From the NCBI GenBank assembly GCA_010356995.1, contig ML996693.1:992001-1056000 (forward strand): 64,000 bases of DNA. Direction: 5' to 3'. The DNA is from Trichodelitschia bisporula. Lineage: Eukaryota. Shown here one piece after another: positions 1 to 8,900 of the stretch. The notes under the pieces were generated by a model, which saw nothing but the letters and a program-made list of their open reading frames with translations, had not been told where the DNA came from and searched no databases. Position 1 is the stretch's first letter. Each line of letters starts with the position of its first letter. The position numbers and the translations under genes were made by a program.

Positions 1-132
1 TGGCTTCGGCTTTTACGCGCTGGACGAGGACGCGGTCGAGGAGGGGGGCGAGGGATTTGATGCTTTTGACGGCGAGGGACTGGGTTGTTAGTTTGGGTTG
101 GATTGGGGAGAAGGGGGGGGGGGGCTTGCCAT
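1..132 (-). CDS. HSP10: Mitochondrial 10 kDa chaperonin (Hsp10/GroES), 5' part; runs off the window start
   Basis: ATG at 132-130, intron 129-80 (GCAAGC...CTAAC...CAG), then SLAVKSIKSLAPLLDRVLVQRVKAEA, the Cpn10 N-terminal PLxDRVLV motif. Confidence 0.9.
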
Positions 133-275
133 TGTGACGGTTGGGGTGGAAGGAGAGGTTGGTGAGGTGGTTTGGGTGGTATGCGATTGAGGTCGGGCGG
201 TGTAAGGACGTTTTGTGGTGGGAGAGGAGCGTTCGTGAGGGCGGTAAAAATATTGAGCGATGAAGCTGCGCAACC

Positions 276-318
276 AGAACGTTCCATTCGCGGAGCATGG
301 GCCTTCGGCGAAACTTCC
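276..318. promoter_or_regulatory. Putative heat-shock elements in the divergent Hsp10/TilS promoter
   Basis: Two nGAAnnTTCn units, AGAACGTTCC (276-285) and CGAAACTTCC (309-318), about 150-190 bp upstream of a chaperonin ATG. Confidence 0.4.
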
Positions 319-460
319 GCGCCGAAGCGAGCTCCGTGCAGCGGCGCGGGCCGAGAGTCGCGTCTTTATCTGAGCGAGACCGACAAAGAAATATATCGAG
401 AGAGAGAAGTTCGTGTCAAGATCATCACCACTGCCAATTGAAGTCTAATTGTATAGCCGC

Positions 461-2456
461 ATGATCCGCACACCCCGCCTCGCCCGCGCAGCGGACGTCA
501 TACTCCGCCATGAATTCCTGGCCGCCTGGCCGACGGCGGGGTACGAGATCTCGGGGCCGCAGGCACTAGGTTCGTCGCGCAGCCCATTACCATCCCCAGT
601 AGCAAGATCCCCAGTAGCAAGATCCCCGGTAGCAGAACTACAGCTAACCCCCCCTTCCCAGCCATAAGCGGCGGCGTCGACTCCATAGCCCTCGCCGCCA
701 TGTGCGCACACTACCACCCCCCCTCCTACCGTTCCCACATCCACGCCTTCATCGTCGATCACAACCTGCGTCCCACCAGCACGCGTGAAGCGACCGAAGT
801 GCACTCCTTCCTCGTCGAAGAGCTGGGTGCGTGAGCCCCGCGCCGCTTCTGCGTTCGCTCACACCGCTAGACATGCCCACGCGCATAATCCCGGTCAGCG
901 TCCCGCTGGGCGAAGGGGGGAAGAATCTCGAAGCCCTGGCCCGGACAGCGCGGTTTCGTGCTCTGGGCATAGCGTGTCGAGATGTCGGTGCCGGGGCGCT
1001 GTTCCTCGCGCACCACGCGGACGACCAAGTCGAGACGATCGTCGACCGGCTGAGCAAATCGCACGTCCTCGGTCTCAGCGGTATCGATCCCATCGGTGGC
1101 ATCCCGGAGTGTTTCGGCCTGCACGGCGTAGCCGGGAGCGGGGATTTACTTCCCCTGCACCGCGGGGCGTGCAATGTGCGATATGGGAATGCGGTCAGGG
1201 GGATGGAGACGGGGGGTGTGCGGGTTGTGCGCCCGTTGCTGGGGTTTGAGAAGGCACGGCTGCGGGCTACGTGTGAATTTTTTGGGGTGCGGTGGTGGGA
1301 GGATGCAACCAACAAAGACCAGACCCTCACAGTGCGGAACGCGGTGCGGCATATCTACGCCACCTCCGCGATGCCGAAGGCATTAAGCAAGACCTCTATC
1401 CTCGGTCTCGGCGCGGTGAAGGCGTTTCAGAATGCGCAAAGGGAGCGGGAGGTTGAGAGGCTCTTCTCGATGTGCGATATTAGGCTCGATGTGCGCAGCG
1501 GGGTGGCTACGGTTAGGATACCGCATTTGCAGAAAGTGGTGGAGGGGGGGGGGGAAGGGGTGAAGGCCGTGGGCATGGGCTTGCTGAGACGGCTGGCCGA
1601 GCTGGTGTCCCCGCTGGAACAGGCCCCGCTTAAGGGCTTTGACGTGCCGTTCGAGTACGTGTTCGGGTCGCGGGATGCGGAGAAGAAGGCGTTCACGAAT
1701 GCCGGCGTGGCGTTTTACCGAGAGGATAAGTGGCACGCCGCAAACTCACGACCTCCGAGCACGCCTGTTTCTGATCCTGAGACTGATGCCTGGCACTCGG
1801 CCTGGATCCTCACCCGCGAACCCGCCCCCATAACCGATGTAATCGAAATCTCACCCTCCACCACCCCCTCTCCATTCACCCTCTGGGACCGCCGCTTCTG
1901 GATCTCAGTTCTCAACCCAACCTCCTCTCCTCTCCGCATCCGCGTCCTGGACGAGGCCACCCTGCGCGCAATCCGCGCTGCCATCGATGCCGACGCTCTA
2001 TCAGTCCGCTTCTCCGATCCGAGCATTGTTCGTGACTGGGCTGCAAGCACGGGGAGAGCGCTGCCTCGCATTGATGCTGAGGGTGGGGTTGTGAGGGGGG
2101 GTCTTGCGAGGACGTTGCTGGAGAGGTTGATGGGGAGGGTGGCGAGGGGGGGGGTGAGGTACTCGTTGCCGGTTTTGGAGGGGGAGGGGGGCGTGGTGGG
2201 ATTGCCGACGTTGGGGGTGGGGTTTGAGGGGAGTGGGGAGAAGGAGGGGGTGAGGTGGGAGGTTAGGTTTAAGGATGCGGGGTGTGGGAGGGAGTGTTTT
2301 GTTGGGGATGAGGGGATGGATGGGGAGAAGAATGCTGATGTTGTGGAGAAGAAGAAGAGGCGGAAGGTCGAGGATCCAGAGAGGGGTGGACAAGCGAAAG
2401 CGGTCCCGAAGAGGAGGGAGAGGCCGAGCAACTCGAGAACAACTGGAGCACAATAG
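461..2456 (+). CDS. PP-loop ATPase, tRNA(Ile)-lysidine synthetase (TilS/MesJ)-like, probably mitochondrial
   Basis: Introns 570-661 and 827-870 join LAISGGVDS (PP-loop), FIVDHNLR, EALARTARF, LAHHADDQVET, RPLLGFEK and EDATN...RNAVR, which are TilS motifs. Confidence 0.88.
592..632. repeat. 15-bp tandem repeat (ATCCCCAGTAGCAAG, ~3 copies) inside TilS intron 1
   Basis: atccccagtagcaag atccccagtagcaag atccccggtagcag read directly. Confidence 0.85.
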
Positions 2457-2587
2457 CGAACAGCCGGCGAGCCCTGGAAGATTGAGGATCAGAGAAAATC
2501 GTACGGCTGCACGCGGTTCCAAAGAGGAGGCCGAGCAACTCGAAAACCACTTGAGCAGAATGGTGAACAGGCGGCCGGGCCTGGAAG
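2363..2587 (+). repeat. Diverged ~110-bp tandem duplication spanning the TilS stop codon
   Basis: gaaggtcgaggatccagaga...gaggccgagcaactcgagaacaactggagcacaatagcgaacagccggcgagccctggaag is followed by gaagattgaggatcagaga...gaggccgagcaactcgaaaaccacttgagcagaatggtgaacaggcggccgggcctggaag. Confidence 0.8.
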
Positions 2588-2913
2588 CTTAGCATAAGGC
2601 TGAGGACAATCGACAATCATTCATTGTCCACCACACCCATTCAATAATTGGCCCCCTCGGTCACGCAGCAAGTAACGACGTCTTTGTCCCCATTTACCAC
2701 TTCTTCCCCCGTTATCCCCCCCTTTGTCCACGCAAGAAAGCCACAAGAAAACCACAATAGCCTTGTGCGGCATTCACCTCTCCCCCAGGAGCACCGATAT
2801 ATAACCCGAACAGTCCGGAGTTCACAACCCCCTTCACTGTTCCCATTACTCCGCCCCGCGATCACCAACATTATTTTGTGACTCTCTGTTCACAACCCAA
2901 CAAACCTCCAGTA

Positions 2914-5900
2914 ATGGCTTCACCAAACGAAGCCGACTCGGCCCCCGACAGCCCGGGCCGGAACCTGGCACCGGCAATCGCCAACTCCCCCACCACCAAC
3001 TCGCCCACCCTCCCCCCCCCCAGACCCACTCAGACCGAAAACCTCTTCCAAGTCCTCGGCGCAAGCGACTTCTCGGGCCACTCCTCCAGCAGCTCCATCT
3101 CGCCGGGCGACTTCGCCGGGCCCGAGTGGCCGGATGACCCGCCGCTTCCGGCGGAGCGCTTTATACAGGTTATTGATACGGAGGAGGTCACGATGCTTGA
3201 TGGGGCGTCGGCGGAGTTTGATGATTTTATTATGGACTTGCCGTCGCCGCCTGCGTTTCCTGTGTCCCCGTTGCCGCTGTCGGCCCGGGAGGACGAGGCG
3301 GTGCGCACGCCGCTTCCGCTGTCGCCGGCGGAGGGGGAAGAGGAGACTGAATCTTCCTCCGAGGCCTCCGGCTCTACCGAGATGCCAGCCGCGGAAATCA
3401 ACCCACCCTCAATCTCCACCCTCGACGGCCCCTCCGCCGAAGCCTCCATCCCCAACCTCGACGGCCTGTCCGGCATCCCCTTCAACGGCTCCAACGTGGA
3501 CAGCGACGCGCCCACCTCGCCCAACTCCATCACCTTCGGCGACAACGCCCCTACCTCCACCTCCTTCTCCTCCGACCTCACCACCCGCCCAGCCACCGGG
3601 CCGAGGACACCCCGAACACCACCCCGGACATCCCCCCCGCCCTCAGACTCAGAGCTGTCTTCGCCCTTCGACACATCAACCCCCAGGGCGCCCGTCGCGC
3701 CTTCCCGCCGCGCTGAGTCCCGCCTGAGACATCGCGAGCCGGACGTCATCCCGATTAGCCCCGTGGGGGAGACGTTCGACTCCCCTGGCCCCGTTACACC
3801 GCCCCGCCGCGCCGAGTCCCGGTTCGGCCACCGCGAGCCCGGTGTTATCCCGATTAGTCACGTGAAGAAGACGTTCGATGCCTCGCCCTCCCCACGCGAT
3901 GACTCCACCAACCCGCGCACCCCCAACCCACCCGCCCCCACCATCCCCGGCCCCCAGAGCCCAAACTTCGACGACCCATTCACGAATGCACCGCTTGACC
4001 CGCTGAACCTCGAGTATGCGAATAGCGAGCCGAGCAGGGAGGGCAGTCCGCCGGAGCCGGATACAGGGCGGCTGGATGAGCCGTTGGAGGAGTTGGTGGA
4101 GGAACGCTATGAGGGTGATGAGAATTATGAGGGAGATGAGAATTACGATGGCGATGAGTACTATGAAGATGAGTACTATGAGGGAGATGAGTACTATGAC
4201 GGCGATGAGTACTACGAGGATGAGTACTACGGGGGCGATGAGCAGTACGAGGGCGATTATGCTGAGGGTGATGGGCCTGAGGGTGAGGAGCCTGAGGGTG
4301 ATAAGCCTGAAGGTGACAAGCCTGAGTGTGATGAGCCTGAAGGTGACGAGCCTTACGAGGGCTGTGAACTTGAGGGTGACGAGCCTGAGAGTCACGCTCC
4401 GCCGGGCGCCGAACCCCCAGCCATCCCTGGCCTCACCTTCGACCTCCCCATCCGCAGCCGATCTCTGCCTCCCCCGGCGGCTCCCCCTCCCCCGGGTGCC
4501 AGGCCTGTCCGCTCCTACTATGGGCTTGGGCCCCTTCCCCGCCCCAGTCCCTCACCTCTCCCTCGCCCCAATTCCTCACCTCTCCCTCGCTCCGAGTCCG
4601 GGCCTCTTCCACATCCCAGTTCCAGCACTTCCCTGCCCCCACCGGCCGAGGAGCCGAAACACAACGAGCCTCCACCTGTCCCTCCGCGCCGCCAGTCTGC
4701 GCCCGTCCTCCCTCAAGAGCTGGAGGATGAATTCAAAGAGATGGACTTGGACAAGGCGCTCGAATATGGGAGAAAACAGGTGATGCGGCAGGAAAGGCCT
4801 GCCTCCCCTTCCGCTTCGGAGGCATCTCACCGCTCGGGCGCGTCTTCGGTTGGTGACCCGGCGTTTGAGACCCCACGTACGACGCGTGAGAATTCGCCTG
4901 AGCGTGAGGATGATGAGGCGAAGGGCGATGAAGCCCAGGGCGAGAAAAAGAAACTTCAGTACTGGGAGGGCTGGGAGGACGACCAGCGGCATTTTTGGGT
5001 ATATGACCCAGATACTGGTGAGGAGAGATACCGTGATATACCCTTACCGCCGACGGCGGAAAACCAGCCTCCGCCGGGGCCGCGCTATCCGATCGTACCT
5101 CTCCCGTTCACCAATGACTCAATAGCCGAAGCCGACTCGCGCCCTAAAATGGAAAGAATGAAGGCGTCCTCACTTAGCTACGTATCCTGTCCCCCTCACA
5201 ATGTGGACCTGGCGCGCAAGCAATTCAACCTCCCGGACGGGGAGCCGGATTTCGAGGATCTGCGCCGAATCCGGAGCAGGGACTTTATTGATACGGACTA
5301 CGAGGATGGGGCGATAAATCCCGCGCCACGTGAGCTCTACAAGAAGTTCCTGGCTTCGCATAGCGGCGTGAAGGATCCACATGTCTTTGAGGAATGGGCA
5401 GCAAAGCGCAAACAGGAGCGGGAGAAGGCAAACCTGCCACCCCATGCACCGCTTGCGAGTTCCAAACTTGTCCCGGCTCCTCGTTGGGCGACGGAGCAGA
5501 TCGACTGCTTGACCCGTGAGAGGGAAGAGCGGAGAGAGCAGCTTTCAGAGGCGTACACTGATCGTGCTATGATGGAGAAGTCGTTGGCCAAGACGACGAA
5601 GCAGCTCGAGATGACGCGGGCAGAGCTCAAGAGGATGTATGCAGAGCTCGAGAAGCTCCAGGAGGAGATTCCGGAGGATGACTGCCGGGCCCGGCTTCAA
5701 AAGCTAGAGGACAAACTTGCGAAGGCTGCTCAGTTTATCAACAAGCAGAACGAACAGATGGGGGAAATGTCGCAGTACATTACTCAGATGGAGAAACACT
5801 TGCATTTCCTCGATGGCGTCGACCATGAGCTCTCAGATACCAAGTACGACCTCGGGGAGGCCAGGAAGCAGCTCAAAGTGGTCCTGGAAAAGATGCAGCG

Positions 5901-8900
5901 CAGAGAGGACAAGCTTGCTGACACTTGGGCTGAACTTCAGAAATGCATGCAGAAGCGAGAAATCGACTGCGAGGAGATTGAAGAACACGAGCGCCAGATC
6001 GAGGAGCTTGGGAAGCGCCTCAACGACAAAGACGTGGACCTCGAGTCGTACCTCAGTCAGAACAAACTTCTCAAAGCCAAACTCCAGGAGGCTCAGACAC
6101 AGCTCGCGGAAACGCAGAAGCAGCTTGAAAGCGCAGCGCAGGAAGCATCCAACGTTCAGCAGGAAGAGCGCAATTCCGAGTGCGAAGAGACTGGAGCTCT
6201 CGGGCGTTGGATTCGGGAGCTTAAGGCTTTCCTCGACCATAAGGAAGTGGATATCGCGGCGTACCTTGAAGAAAACGACCTTCTCAAAACCGAACTCCGG
6301 GAGGCTCAGAAGCAAGCCAAGGAGTCGCAGGAGCAGCTTGAACTTGCGGCACAGGAAGCATCCACGGTTCAGGAGGAACTGGAGAAATTCAGGAAGTTCT
6401 GCGAGTCCGTCCAGCATCTGGATATCGACGCTCTGCAGAAGAAGTTGGCCGATTACGAGGCAAAGAACGTCAACGGTCTCAAGGAGAAGCTGGCGAAGAG
6501 GGAGGCGGAAATGATTAATCTCCAGAACGAGCTTGCATATTACAAGGAGATAACCGCCGATAATATTGAGAGAGAGGACATAATTGATCTGCTGGAGGAT
6601 AAGCTTGAATACCATAAGGAACGCGTCGAGGAGCTCCAGTTAGAGATTGGTGAGCATTGGTTGGTCAATACCAGGGAGCTCACGGAACAGCTTAACTTCG
6701 ACGACCTCAAGGAAAAGCTGGCTGAAGCCCAGGCTTGTATCCGCAAACTCCAGACGCAGCTTCTCGGATATCAGAAGCGAACCGCCGACGGTGGCGTGCA
6801 GGACCGTCCCACGGATGAGAAACGGGACGGTGGCGAGGTGTTCCCCTACAAGCGCATGGGCAGCTACGAAGACATGGAGCGCGACCTGAACAAGGTCAGC
6901 AACCAAGAGCAGGGCGGCGATGTGGACATGGACCGCGCCGATGAGGAAGAGCACGCTGCCCCTGAAACCCGGAAATCGGATGTCGACGGTCTCAAGTATA
7001 AGCTGGCGGCAACCCATGCACGTGTCGACGAGCTTCAGGAAGAGCTTGCTAAATACAAGGATATTGCCGCCTCTCTGGACAAGCAGGACCCTGCCGGAGA
7101 AAAGGAGATGGACTGCGACGAGGTCAGGGAGGAGCTTGCTAAGGCCAAGATGGACGTAGAAGGCCTCCAGAAGAAGTTGGTCCAGCACGAGAAGCTCACT
7201 CAACGGCTCAAACAGGCCTTGAAAGAGCTGACAGCCGATTATGAGGAGCTGGAAGAGAAGTACAAGAGGGCCGACAAGCATGGGAGCTGGTTAGATTCCG
7301 AGAACGTTGGGTATCAAAAAGACATCGAGGAGTATAAAGGCGAGGTCGCTGCTCTCAAACTCCAGCTTATCGAGTCTAAAGCCGCCCAAAATCAGAGGGC
7401 CGAGCATGCAGATCATATTATGGTTGCCAAAGACGTTTACGACTCGCAGCTTGCCGCCACCATAGCTTCCCACGAAGCCGATATGAGCGATCTGCTTACT
7501 CAGAATGTCGTCATCATTGAACAGGAGCAGGCCAAACGTCAGGAGGCAGAGAAGAAACTCGCGAAGGAGAAGGCCGCACGCCAGAAGGCGGAGGCCGAAC
7601 TCGAGGCCATTAAGTCTGCGCAGGGCGCTGGAGTCGAAAAGCTCCAGACCGAGCTCGCAGAAGCGAAGGCTGCACGGGAGAAGGCGGACAGCGACCTCAA
7701 GGACATTCTGGCTGCGCAGGAGGATGTGGTCGACAACCTCCAGGCCGAGATCGAGGAGGAGAAGGCTGCGGCCGATAGCCTCCAGGCCGCGCTCGTAGCG
7801 GAGGAGGCTGCGCGCCAGGAGGCAGAGGAGGCCCTCGAGACCATCCAGGATGAGCTCGAATCCAAGATCCAGGCCATCGAGTCTGAGCTCGAATTCAAGC
7901 TCGCCGTATGCGAGGACCGTTGCGCACTCGAGAGGGCTCATCACAGTGAGCAGATTGCAAGTTGCGTGGAGGAAATCGACCAGCTAAGGGGAGAACGCGA
8001 CCGGTTGAGGAAAAACGCATTATCTGTTGCTCTGTCCACGCGTATCGATTCCCAGCTCCTGGCCGCCAGCTGGGCATTTGATTCCAACTCCCGTACCCTC
8101 GAAATCCAGCTCCCGGCTGCCGTCGATGTGGCCAAGGCCAAGAGTCTCTTCTCCCAGAAGCAGGGCAGTTCCCGTATCACCGCCCTTGACACCCTGAACA
8201 AGGTCGTTGCAGACGGCATGAACAAGGCCAAGGCTGATATGACTGCGCGTGTCGCTGACGCTGCACATGTCCGCTCTGAGCTTGAGGCTAAGTTGAAGCG
8301 GATCAGCAATGATCGCAAGATAACGGAGCTCAAGTCTGAGAACGCGGCCCTCAAGCTTCAAAGCGATGCGCACAAGCTCCAGAGCGAGAAGCTCATGAAA
8401 AAACTTTCCAAGATGGATACTAAGCGTGCGGACGAAGCCCATGCCCAGATCGCGACGCTCACGGCGGACAACAAGCAGCTTGAGAAGGAGCTTGCGGACC
8501 TGAAGAAGAAGTGCAAGGAGCATCACCGCACCCTGCAGAAGAAGCTGGACGAGACTGTCGACGAGCGCGATGACTTCGAGGACAAGTACAAGAAGCTGGA
8601 CGCCGAGTATGAGGACAGCAAGAAGAACATGAAGGAGTGCTGGGATTACTTCAAGGACAAGATTGCCACGCTCGAGGCCGAGAATGCGAAGCTCAAGGCC
8701 GCGAAGGACTGCTCGGAACACATCGCTGAGAAGGACAAGATGGCCAAGCGTCTGTACTGCCTGAAGGACAAATACAAGGCCTACTTGAAGGCCTTTGATA
8801 TGGGCAGCATGGCCAAGCCAGTTGACGACTCCGATGAGTCTAATGGTGGCAAGGCCGACTATCTCAAAAAGCTTAAGGCCGAAAATGCTAAGTTGAGGGC

